The notes below the pieces were generated by a model. That model saw only the letters and a list, made by a program, of their open reading frames with translations, ran no database searches and was not told where the DNA came from. The position numbers and the translations under genes are program-made. Shown piece by piece: positions 43,961 through 64,000 of a stretch of 64,000 bases of DNA. Location of the stretch: the NCBI RefSeq assembly GCF_009914755.1, contig NC_060929.1; one strand, given 5' to 3'. How positions within the stretch are numbered: the stretch's first letter is position 1; each line of letters begins with the position of its first letter. The DNA comes from the human T2T-CHM13v2.0 reference genome, Homo sapiens.

Positions 43961-45074
43961 GCGCGCGGAGACTTAACCAACCCCCGCCGCGGGGGAGCCA
44001 TCCGGGACGTACCAACTGCGCGGGAGGCGCTGACCGCCCGTGAGCCGGCTCGCACCTTGCGCGGTCTCAGTTGCTTGCGCTTTGGGGGAAAGCAAGGAGT
44101 AACAACAGACTCAGAGATAGCTGTGGGGCAAAATGTATAGAACGGCCACTTTTGAGGACAATTCCGTGTGATGAAATTTAAAATGTCCATTTTATGACCC
44201 AGCAATTTCACGTCTAGAAAAATACGGAAATGCCGGGTGCGATGGCTCACGCCTGTAATCCCAGCGCTTTGGGAGGCAGAGGCGGGCGGATTACCTGAGG
44301 TCGGGAGTTCGAGACCAGCCTGGTCAACATAGAGAAACCCCTTCTGTACTAAAATACAAAAATTAGCCAGGCGTGGTGGCGCGTGCGTGTAATAACAGCT
44401 ACTCAGGAGCCTGAGGCAGGAGAATCGCTTGAATCCGGGAGGCGGAGGATGCAGTGAGCCCAGGTCACTGCCACTGCACTCCAGCCTGGGCAACAGAGCG
44501 AGACTCCGTCTCAAAAAAAAAAAAAAAAAAAAAGGGAAAGAAAGAAAAGAAAAATACAGACACTCCTACAGGTGTGCACAAGACATGTTCAAGGAGGCCA
44601 GCTTCCTGGCAGAAAATGTGAACAGCAGAAATGTCCAATAAGTCTCGCATAAATAAAACACCAAATGTCCCTACAGTGATATACTACAACAAATAAAACA
44701 AAGGAATCCTATATGTGTCAACATTTGCTAGGTCACAACTACTTAAGTTATTGAAATAGCGACATGCCAACAAATATGTACACTGTGAAATGATTTATAT
44801 AAATTTAAAAATAGGTAAATTAGAACAGTATATACTGTTTACAGAAAATCTATGTGTGTAAAAGTATATAAGATGAACTAGATGGATACCATGGTAATGG
44901 TAAAGGGGTGAAAGAAGGAGTAGCGGAAAATGTGGGGAGAAGCAAACAGGACTTCAGATAGATCTGTCATGATTTCTATTAAAAAGAAAGACCTGGCCAG
45001 GCGTGGTGGATCACGCCTGTAATCCCAGCACTTTGGGGGGCCAAGGTAGGCAGATCACTTGAGGTCAGGAGTTA

Positions 45075-45326
<252 letters not shown>

Positions 45327-45821
45327 TTAACAGTAGGGTAATCGAACGTGGAACTACAGGCACATTATTCTTAATACTTTTCTGTAACATTTACATTCTG
45401 GAATGCCTTTGCCCTATCTCCCCCATGCCACCTACCTCCAACTGATCCTCCAAAACCCACCTGAACCATTTCTTCCACTGCTTCCTTGAACCTCAGTTCA
45501 TTTCTCCTGCATCCTTCCTCAGCTGCTGGGACATTCGATCTCCCACAGTATACTACAATTCTTTGCTCTATGAGTCTATATCTCTTCTATAAGACTTGTG
45601 AGCTCTATGAAGACATGATCCATGTAATCCTCACAAGTAGCAATGGGCCTGTCCTAAAGCAAACACTCAAAAAATGTTGATTGAATTGAATTGAGGAGTG
45701 GGGAGATCAGAAAAGGTTTCAGTGCAGGGCCAAAAAGATCCTTTTAGGGCATCTTACTTCAGGGAAGACTATTGATGCATTGGTGGTGGCAGCCATTCTG
45801 CAAACCTGAGGACAGACAGCC

Positions 45822-46520
45822 TATGGCAGGCAGCCTGTAAGATGGCCCTAGATCCCACAGGCTGGCAACCACACTCTTGTGTAATCTCTCTTCTTGTGTG
45901 TGGGCTATGCTTAATAACTCACTTCTAAACAATAGAATAAGGCAGAAATGATGGCATGTCATTTCCAAGAGTGGGTGATAAAAACTCTATGGCTTCCTTC
46001 TTGGGTACTATCTCAAGTTCTCAATTTGCTCACTCAGGCCAAATGCTATACTGTGAGAAATAGCCATATGGAAAGACTCACAGGGCAACAGCTTGATCAC
46101 ATCTTAGGAGAGACCTTAAGCCAAAGACCTGTCTAAGCTGTGTCCCAACTCGTGACCTATGAAAACTATGTTTATGGTTTTTTGGTGTTTTTTTTTTTTT
46201 AAAGGTCTCACTCTGTCACCCGTACTGGAGTGCAGTGGTGTCATCAGGGCTCACTGCAGCTTCAAACTCCTGAGCTCAAGCTATCCTCCCACCTTAGCTT
46301 CCCAAGTAGCTGGGACTACAGGTGCATGCCACTGTGGCTAGCTATTTTTTCGTTGTTTTTTTGTGGAGACGGAGTCTCATTATGTGCCCAGGCTGGTCTC
46401 AAACTCCTGGGCACAAGTGATCCTTCCGCCTCAGCCTCCCAAAGTGCTGGGATTACAGGCATAAGCCACTGCACCTGGCCTATGTTTTAAGCCGCTAAGT
46501 TTTGGGGTAATTTGTTATAT
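45822..46520 (+). mobile_element. MLT1 (E/F-like) MaLR LTR interrupted by a minus-strand Alu (~46185-46480)
   Basis: tatggcaggcagcctgtaagatggcccc... tcacttctaaacaatagaata... ttttaagccgctaagttttggggtaatttgtta. Confidence 0.7.
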
Positions 46521-47183
46521 AAAAACATATAATTATTTCAGAGCTTAGAAGAGAGGAAAAAAAAAACAGAAAATAGCAGAGTTAGGACCCTAATCATATA
46601 TACCTGGCAACCGTTCAACTTCTGGGTTTTCTATGATGTGAAATAATAAGTTTCCTTAATATTTACACCATTATGAGTCATGTTTTTCTGTTACCTGAAG
46701 TAGACAACATCCTAATTGATATAAAACTAAATGTCCATCATAAGAGAATGATGTATTATATAGTATATTCATAGAATAACATACAACAATTAAGAAATGA
46801 AAAACTAAATAAAATAAATGAAACACACTTTGGGAGGCTGAGGTGGGTGGATCACTTGAGCCCAGGAGTTCAAGATCAGCCTGGGCAACACAGTGAGACT
46901 TTGTCTCTACTAAAAATAAAAACAGGCCTAGCACGGTGACTCACACCTATAATCCCAGCATTTTGGGAGGCCGAGGCGGGTGGATCACTTGAGGTCAGGA
47001 GTTCGAGACCAGTCTGGTCAACATGGCGAAACCCCGTCTCTACTAAAAATACAAAAATTAGCTGGGCGTGGTGGCACGCGCCAGTAAGTCCCAGCTACTC
47101 GAGAGGCTGAGGCAGGAGAATTGCTTGAACTCCAACCTGGGTGACAGAGTGAGACTCCGTCTCAAAAAATTAAATTAAATTTA

Positions 47184-47447
<264 letters not shown>

Positions 47448-47711
47448 TTAATTTTAAGAACCAAGTGGCAGGATAATGTAAGGTCCATGAGAATAGAAAC
47501 TTTATTTTGTGTATTGCTGTGTCGTCAAAATTAGAACAATGCCTAGCACAGAGTAAAGAAAGATGAATGATATGCTCATTGTGATGCCATTTACGTAAAC
47601 ACACATATTCTTATGCAAATAATACCACATGTTTTTGAAGGTAGTAAATATATCTAAAAGTATTCCCATAGGCCTAGGAAGATACAGGGATATATAATAA
47701 ACACATAATAG

Positions 47712-47873
<162 letters not shown>

Positions 47874-48069
47874 TAGTAGAGATTGGGTTTCACCATGTTG
47901 GCCAAGCTGGTCTTGAACTCCTGACCTCAGGTAAGCCGCCTGCCTCGGCCTCCCAAAGTGAGCAACCGGGTCCGGCCAGAGGATGCTTTTCAAAAGGGGG
48001 CTGGAGGTACAAAATTGGGAGTGGACAAAAGAAACCTTAATATATCTGTAATGCTCTGATTTTATTTTA

Positions 48070-48398
<329 letters not shown>

Positions 48399-48616
48399 CT
48401 ACTGTGTAATTAAAAATGAATAAACTATAAGCTGGGCACAGTGATACATACCAGTAGTCCCAGCTACTCAGGAGACTGAGGTGAGAGGATTACTTGAGCC
48501 CAGGAGTTCAAGGATGTAGTACACTATAATCATGCCTGTGAATAGCCACTATACTCCAGCCTGGGCAACATAGTGAGACTACATCTCTATAAAAACATTT
48601 AAAATTTAGCTGGCTA

Positions 48617-48727
<111 letters not shown>

Positions 48728-48897
48728 CTAGGCAATAGAGTGAGACCTTGTCTTTAAAAAAGTAATAATAATAATAATAATAATAAACTCTTAGAAGAAA
48801 ACATATGGGAAAATCTTCATGACCTTAGATTTGGCAATAATATATTGAATATGACATCAAAAGCACAGGCAACACGGTGAAAAGAGTTCTGGAGATG

Positions 48898-49177
<280 letters not shown>

Positions 49178-49500
49178 TAGACAGGATAGTCTCGATCTCC
49201 TGACCTCATGATCCGCCCGTCTTGGCCTCCCAAAGTGCTGGGATTACTGGCGTGAGCCACCGCACCCTGCTAGGGAGATTTTCTACATCCTGGTGACTGG
49301 CATCCAAATCTGTTTTTCCTGTCCTGGTTCCTAGCATCGAATCTCAATTGCCTACTTGACTTTTCCACCTGTTATGTCCCACATAAAGTTAAAACCCAGA
49401 ACATTCACAACCAAATTTATGATCTTCCCCTCAAAATCTGTATATTTAACACATTATTTGTCTCTCTTAGTGACATTACTATCCACTCTCCCTCAAGCTA

Positions 49501-49941
<441 letters not shown>

Positions 49942-50334
49942 TCAAAAAAGTAAAAACTCATTTGTGCCCATTCAAAGTAGATGTTTAAACAAGCTCTTAC
50001 CTTAAAAATCAGTAAGGCAGGAGGATTACTTATGGCCAGGAGTTCCAGACCAGCCTGGGCAACATTGTGAGACCCCCATCTCTACAAAAAATGAATAATA
50101 AAACTAGCCAGGCTTGGTAGTATGTGCCTATAGTCCTAGCTACTTTGGAGGCTCAGGCAGGAGGATTGCTTGAGCCATGGAGTTTAAGGCTGCAATGAGC
50201 TATGATCTTACTATTGCACTCTAGCCTGGGTGACAGACGGAGATCTTGTATCAAAAAAAAAAAAAGGGCCAGGCACAGTGGTTCATGCCTATAATCTTAG
50301 CACTTTGGGAGGCTGGGTGGATCAGCTGAGGTCA

Positions 50335-50604
<270 letters not shown>

Positions 50605-50879
50605 TTATTTACATAATGGAAGGTTTAAACTACCATTACCCTAATCCGGTGGTCAATTTAGCTTCACTTGGCGAATTAATCAGATATGATGTTATTATGT
50701 TCTTCAGATGCTACACAACATGAATCATGCAACATCTCCAAAGACGTATTCTAGCCAAAATATTTGACTTAAATACACCAAGTGTTTAGATATAACTTCC
50801 AGTTAAAGGAAACACAGCCAATAGAGATACAAGCTAAAAACCACAAGGAAAAAAGCAACCAATGCTTCTCAAACTACAG

Positions 50880-51667
<788 letters not shown>

Positions 51668-52895
51668 ATATGTAATGCTGTGGTTGAAACTTGGGGTGGA
51701 AGTTGAATGAGTTTGTCAAATGGACAACAGGAGATGGTAGAAGGACATTAAAGGTAATATTGGAAGGCTGAGGCAGGAGAATCGCTTGAACCTGGGAGGG
51801 CAGAGGTTGCAGTGAGGTGAAATCACAGTACTTCACTCCAGCCTGGGTGAAAGAGCGTTAACTCCATCTCAATAAATAAATAAATAAATAAAGGCAATGG
51901 GAATAGAATGAATAAAGGCAAAGGGGTGTGAAAGGATTCCCCAGTTGGAGAACCTACCACAGTGCTAAAGTTCATCCAGCAGGGCTTGGTACTTGAGAGA
52001 GTATTGGAAGTGGGTGGAAAAGGAAGTAGAATATACTGGGTCTCTTATACCACGTGACATTTTAACTTTATCCGGTAAGCAACAAGAAGCCATTGAAGTA
52101 CTGCAGGTAAGAAAGGAGTATAGACCAGGCACGGTGGCTCATGCCTGTAATCCCAGCACTTTGGGAGGCCAAGGAGAACAGATCACCTGAGGTCAGGAGT
52201 TTGAGACCGGCCTGACAAACATGGTGAAACCTCATCTCTACTAAAAATACATCAGTATGTTAAATTATCAGAAAAATATAGCTTTTGGAATAAACTACAT
52301 AGCTACCATTTACTATGTGCCAAGCAATGTGCTAAGTAGTTTACGGAGATTATATTAGTTAATCTTCACAACAACCATTTGAGGTGGGTATCATCTCCTC
52401 ATTTTACAGATGGAGAAGCAGCCTCACAAATGTTAAGGAATTTACCTAAGATCACATAACTCATGCATGCAGAATGGAGCAATACATGTCAAGCTAAGTA
52501 CCACACAGCGTTAACTGCTCAATTCTCAGAGATTTGTGGTTAATCCCCAGCCTGCTTGCCTCAGACATTGTCAGGGTTCAAGATATGACGGCTATCTGTT
52601 GCAGCTGGACTCTCTTCCTGATATGGCTCTGGACATACATCCCTCCAGCTCCAAGGGTGGCCCAGCGGGGCATGTAGAGTGGCTGGAATTCCCAAACTGT
52701 CACTGCAGTGATGAGGAGGAGCAACCTTATCTGTTTACTCTAACATGCTATACAGATATGCTCATTTTCTATGTGGACTATAATGGAGAAAAGGCTGGAA
52801 AGCATTACTTGACTCTAACCCAAAATCCTCTGTAAATCCCAGTCTGTGATCAACAGACTCCCCTCTGCCCTCAATCTGTCCTTAGAAAGTCTCTA

Positions 52896-53078
<183 letters not shown>

Positions 53079-53199
53079 CTAAAATTAAAAAATTAGCCAG
53101 ACGTGGTGGCGCACATCTGTAATCCCAGCTACTCAGGCAGCTGAGACAGAATCACTTGAACCCGGGAGGCTGAGGGTGCAGTGAGCCGAGACCACGCTA

Positions 53200-53574
<375 letters not shown>

Positions 53575-54084
53575 TTATCCAGGCTGGGCACGGTGGCTCA
53601 TGCCTGTAATTCCAGAACTTTGGGAGGCCGAGGCGGGCGGATCACGAGGTCAAAAGATCGAGACCATCCTGGCCAACATGGTGAAACGCCCCTCTACTAA
53701 AAATACAAAAAAATTAGCTGGGTGTGGTGGCACGCACCTCTAGTCCCAGCTACTCAGAAGGCTGAGGCAGGAGAATCGCTTGAACCTGGGAGGCAGAGGT
53801 TGCAGTCAGCCGAGGTTGCAGTGAGCCGAGATCTTACCACTGCACTCATGCCACTGCACTCCAGCCTGGCAACAGAGTGAGACTCCGTCTCAAAAAAGAA
53901 AATTATCCAGTAGGCCGGGCGCGGCGGCTCATGCCTGTAATCCCAGAACTTTGGGAGGCCGAGGCAGGTGAATCACCTGAGGTCAGGAGTTCAAGACCAC
54001 CCTGGCCAACATGGTAAAACCCCGTCTCTACTAAAATTACAAAAAATAGCCAGGCATGGTGGCGGGTGCCTCTAGTCCCAGCTA

Positions 54085-54391
<307 letters not shown>

Positions 54392-54475
54392 TTAGTAAAA
54401 GCTAATCTGTGGCCACCTCTAATAGTTTGAGATGTGTTCTTAGAGATGAGAAATAAAAAGACTATTAGGAGGTAA

Positions 54476-54739
<264 letters not shown>

Positions 54740-54929
54740 TAGTAGAGACGAGGTTTCACCATTTGAACTCCTGTCCGCAGGTGATCCGCCCACTTGGCCT
54801 CCCAAAGTGCTATGATTACAGGCCTGAGCCACCACGCTGGCCCTTTTTTTTTTTTTTTTGAGACAGGGTCTTGCTGTGTCACCCAGGTGGTAGTGCAGTG
54901 GTACAACAGCTCACTGCAGGCTCAAGTGA

Positions 54930-55148
<219 letters not shown>

Positions 55149-55412
55149 TAAAACATACTCTCTGATATTACATACTCAGTAGATACTTTTATGTCTGTCA
55201 CTAGATTAGACATACTAGAGTTAGAAAAACTAGAGTTTAAGGCTGGGCGTGGTGGCTCACACTGGTAATCCCAGCACTTTGGGAGGCCAAGGTGGTCAGA
55301 CCACATGAGATCAGGAGTTCAAGATCAGCCTGGCCAACACGGTAAAATCCTGTCTCTAATAAAAATACAAAAATTAGCTTGGTGTGGTGGTGCACACCTG
55401 TAGTCCTAGCTA

Positions 55413-55589
<177 letters not shown>

Positions 55590-56862
55590 CTATAGTTTCG
55601 TTTGCACATGCACACACATGCACATACAGAGTCAGTATTTAAGCAACTGAAATGTATGCTGAACTGTAGCCAGTTCCCGTCCCTTAGCAAAGTCATTTCC
55701 CTGGGATTGTTCATCTCCCATGGCAACAATACACAGTAGGATGTGTTGGAAAATGGTTCTCATTTTCCACAAGGAGGAAATAAAAAGCCAGCCCAACAAA
55801 TATAAGGCATCACCTGCACTGCCAGGTCCCAGCAAGGAGTCCAGGCCTGGGCCATTCCTGGAAGCACTCACACAAAGACAAAATAGAAAACTGGTGACAA
55901 TGAAGGCTGTTCAGACCCTCAGCAGGGTAGCTCAGGACTCTGCCTCCATGGCACAGGGGATGAACCCTGACAGCACTCATTGGAGAATAAATGGACATTA
56001 TTTTGAGCATGTAATTGGATTGGAGGTTGTTTTCCAATAATATGCAAAGCAACTTATATACTCCACTCCCAGTATTTGTTACATAGTATTAAAAATATCC
56101 TTGTGGGTTCTGCGACTTCGACAAAAATCCCCTGTATCCCTTGGATTATCCCTGAATAACTTATGCTATATGCAAGTGTAAGTAACTAGAACTCTTAAGA
56201 TAAATAAGTAGTTTGTGACCATCCTGGCTAACATAGTGAGACCCCGTCTCTAAAAGTAAATAAATAAATAAAAAGAGAATAAATAATGTGCAGTCACTGA
56301 CTTTTAGGCTGGTCATCTGGTTTTGGCAAAAGGACATAGATTTGCAATCTAAGGACCAGTGTTCAAGCATGGGCTCGTACCTAACTAGCTGTGTGATCTT
56401 CACAAAACCTTTACCTTTCCTAGTCTGTTTCTTTATCATCACTTATGAAGAAATCCCTCACAGAAACCACCCTGAGGATTAAATGCTATAATGTAGGTGC
56501 TTTGCAAACTGTAAAGCACTGCCCTGGGCTGGGTGTGTGGTTCACACCAGGAATCCCAGCACTTTGGGAGGCTGAGGCAGGAGGATCGCTTGAGCTCAGG
56601 AGTTTGAGACCAGCCTGGGCAATATAGGGAAACCCTGTCTCTACAAAAAAAAAATTTTTTTTAATTAGCTGGGCATGTTGGTGTCCACTTGTAGTCCTTG
56701 CTACTCAGGAGGCTGAGGCTGGAGGATCACTTGAGTGTGGGAGTTCAAGGTTACAGTGAGCTATGATCATACCACTGCACTAGTGAGACCCTGTCTCGGA
56801 AAAAAAAAAAAAAAAATTGTAGGCTGGGTGTGGTAGCTCATGCCTGTAATCCCAGCACTTTA

Positions 56863-57139
<277 letters not shown>

Positions 57140-57309
57140 TCACCTACTGTATTGGAAGCTTGGAAGCTCTAGGGCCTGAGGCCTGACATAGTGCTGGTGC
57201 TCAATATTTGTAGTATAAATAAGGAAATACTTGTAGTATAAATGACTAAATTACACCAATGAGCTATATGATCTCAAGCAAGAATAATTCATATCTGTCT
57301 CTCTTTGGC

Positions 57310-58050
<741 letters not shown>

Positions 58051-58077
58051 TGAAATAAGCTAGTAATATTAAAAGCT

Positions 58078-59450
<1,373 letters not shown>

Positions 59451-59636
59451 ACTCAACAAATAGTATGTATTATTAGCAGTAATATGGAACCTTAGCTGTA
59501 CTACTACTTACTAGTAGCGAGCTCTTGAGTTAACCATTTTTAGGTTCTGGGCCTCAGTTTCCCTGTGAATGAAATGGCGAAAACACTCCCACATAACGGG
59601 ACCTTGAGAACGAAATGAAAAGTATCAAGGGCTGAC

Positions 59637-59806
59637 CGTGAGCAAGGTGAGAGCCATGAGCCAAAACCACACGAGCCTCTCCGGGAGGGGGGGGTCACTG
59701 CTGCGGAATCAGCGACAGGTTTCCGAATCCACGGCACACGCTCTGAGGTACCAGAGGTAGCAAAGCAAAATAAGCGCGGGGTCCCGCACGGCAGCGCGGG
59801 TGCAGC
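59637..59806 (-). other. UIMC1: Probable distal alternative first exon of UIMC1, head-to-head with ZNF346 (5' boundary approximate)
   Basis: Minus-strand donor ACG|GTCAGC at 59636 at the island edge; agrees with my unverified recollection of a long UIMC1 variant starting next to ZNF346. Confidence 0.5.
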
Positions 59807-59911
59807 GCCCAAACCTCGCGAGATTTGTTGGCTGGGCCAAGTACCACCCACCAAATCTCGCGATACCTAGGCGCCTGAGAGGCTCTCTACCGGTGAGGGT
59901 TTGCGGGGAAG

Positions 59912-60086
59912 ATGGAGTATCCCGCGCCGGCCACGGTGCAGGCCGCGGACGGCGGAGCGGCCGGGCCTTACAGCAGCTCGGAGTTGCTGGAGGGCCAGGA
60001 GCCGGACGGGGTGCGCTTTGACCGCGAGAGGGCGCGCCGCCTGTGGGAAGCCGTGTCCGGTGCCCAGCCGGTGGGTAGAGAGGAAG
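59912..60086 (+). CDS. ZNF346: ZNF346 (JAZ) coding exon 1
   Basis: Strong Kozak aagATGG; [58 protein letters not shown] matches the ZNF346 N-terminus; donor GAAG|GTGAGT at 60087. Confidence 0.95.
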
Positions 60087-60332
60087 GTGAGTCGGGGGCT
60101 TTGGAGGCAGAAAGCCCCTCGCCCGCTGCGCGGCTCGCGGGGAACTGCGGAAGCGCCGACGGTCACACCCCCTGGCCCGCCTCCTTGCGTGCTGCGCCCC
60201 GGGACCCCCAGACTTGTGCTCCCCATCCGGGCGCGGGCACCCCAAGAATCGGGCCCCCAGCGCGCTGAGGGTGAAGGGCCGCTCACGCTCAGGCCCTGGG
60301 TTTTCCTCCTCCTCCTTCATCATTCACTACAG

Positions 60333-60407
60333 CGCAGTTTTTCCCACATTCGAGGACTGTCATCCCTATACTCGTCCTGTCGGAGACCTACAGTCTTTGC
60401 CATCCCG
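60333..60407 (+). CDS. ZNF346: ZNF346 alternative in-frame cassette exon (AQFFPHSRTVIPILVLSETYSLCHP)
   Basis: Pyrimidine tract plus ctacAG acceptor, donor CCG|GTAAGC. 75 nt, phase 1-1, no stop in the exon-1 frame. Confidence 0.75.
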
Positions 60408-61158
60408 GTAAGCCAAGCCGAGTGCCCCTCACCACTCCTTGACTCCCCATCGTCCCAATCTCCAGATTTCCTCCTAGGGCCTCTCGCCTCCCTTCTCTCA
60501 AGCCCCACACTTCCGAGGGCTCTGGAAGGCCTTCTCCTTACCCCCTGGGTTCCTCCTGGTCTTGATGACTGAGCCCTGGCTTACCCGTTTTTAGCTCTCT
60601 GGCCTCTACTTGCTGGGTCCCTTATTCTAAGGTGGGGACAAGGAGCCTGAGAAACTGGTCTGGGTTTGCTTTGGCTCCAGCTTCTTTGTGTCCTACACTT
60701 GACCCAAAGTTGCTGAGAACAGTGTATGCAAAGCCACGTTAGGGGTCACTCCTGGGCCGAAGCGCCCCAGCTTGCTCTGCACTTGACCTGAGACTGGGTA
60801 AGATGGGATGAAAGAAAGAGAAGGATGGAAAAGAGCTGTCCTGACCTGCTTGTGTGACTCCCTTCACTGTCCTTTACAGAGCCAGCTGCTTGATGCTAAC
60901 CCAGATGTACAAGAACTCTATCTGGGCTTCTCTGCTAACCTTGTCAGGTATCTGGAGGGAAATCAGATTTCTCCAGTGATTTGTTTGCTTGCTGAGCAGA
61001 CTTGTCTTGGAAAGTTTAATATGCTATTTGTGAACTGACTGCCCTGGATAAAATTGGATAAAATTGAAATTTTGACCATATCTAAGGAAGGTACACAGAC
61101 CTATACCCTGGTATATACTTCTCCAATTTAAAAACAAGTCTAGCCTGTCTCCTAAGTT

Positions 61159-61354
61159 TATATATATATATAATGTATATTATATATAAAAAAGAAGGAG
61201 ACAGGGCCCCAGAAATGGTGTGTGTGTATGCGTATATATAATATACACACACATAAATGTATATATATAATATATACACACATAAATCTGTATATATATT
61301 TTTATATACACTTGTAAGTATTTTATGTATACACACACACACACACACACACAC
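61159..61354. repeat. Compound (TA)n/(TG)n/(CA)n microsatellite
   Basis: Read directly. Confidence 0.9.
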
Positions 61355-61375
61355 TATTTCTGGGGCCCTCTCTCC

Positions 61376-63891
<2,516 letters not shown>

Positions 63892-64000
63892 TAACACACA
63901 AAATATGATTTGAAGAGTTTACTTGATTTTTAAAGGCAAAAAAATGTGGACAGGGAGTGGGACTCATACAAAGTTGTTTATCAAGAATTCTCATTGATTT

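Larger units (their letters stand above)
43020..44085. promoter_or_regulatory. CpG-island promoter of UIMC1, with GC box (43943-43950) and NRF1-type GCGCAGGCGCA (43950-43960)
   Basis: Very high GC and CpG density against an AT/Alu background; motifs read directly; no TATA box seen. Confidence 0.88.
59590..60290. promoter_or_regulatory. CpG-island promoter of ZNF346, probably bidirectional, with two TCTCGCGAGA-like (BANP-type) elements
   Basis: CpG-rich; CCTCGCGAGA at 59814-59823 and TCTCGCGATA at 59856-59865, just upstream of the ZNF346 ATG. Confidence 0.88.

Noticed and set aside
43183-44514. Multiple overlapping ORFs up to 279 aa
   Set aside because: Stop-poor CpG island plus Alu read-through; mostly non-ATG starts and no recognisable domain.
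52536-52835. 99-aa non-Alu ORF in apparently unique sequence
   Set aside because: GTG start, no recognisable homology, and no poly(A)/TSD to suggest a processed pseudogene.
59540-60572. ORFs of 104-223 aa on both strands around ZNF346 exon 1
   Set aside because: CpG-island artefacts; only 59912-60086 and the 75-nt cassette have splice and homology support.

Overview
Human (hominoid) genomic DNA, recognisable as the UIMC1/ZNF346 locus (5q35). The minus strand carries the 5' half of UIMC1 (RAP80, BRCA1-A complex): a non-coding first exon in a CpG island at ~43.8 kb and five coding exons (19644-19790, 12571-12655, 7918-8042, 6777-6882, 5731-6467) that splice into exactly 400 codons; the rest of the gene lies left of the window. 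The plus strand carries the start of ZNF346 (JAZ, dsRNA-binding zinc finger): coding exon 1 at 59912-60086 and a 75-nt in-frame cassette exon, in a second CpG island that probably also drives a distal UIMC1 first exon. The remainder is very repeat-dense: dozens of Alus, a full-length SVA with target-site duplications (TSDs), L1/L2/MIR fragments and several solo LTRs. Almost all short ORFs in the track are Alu, SVA or CpG-island artefacts. No prokaryote-type system is present. The most interesting signal is UIMC1 intron 5: a 309-nt GC-AG intron that stays in frame with a single stop, which overlaps an internal GTAAGT donor, suggesting an intronised former coding segment. Other notable items are a candidate intronic-polyadenylation SIM/UIM-only isoform, a duplicated 3' splice site, a 79-nt tailless retro-insertion, paired inverted BANP-type motifs, and a template-switch palindrome in ZNF346 intron 1.
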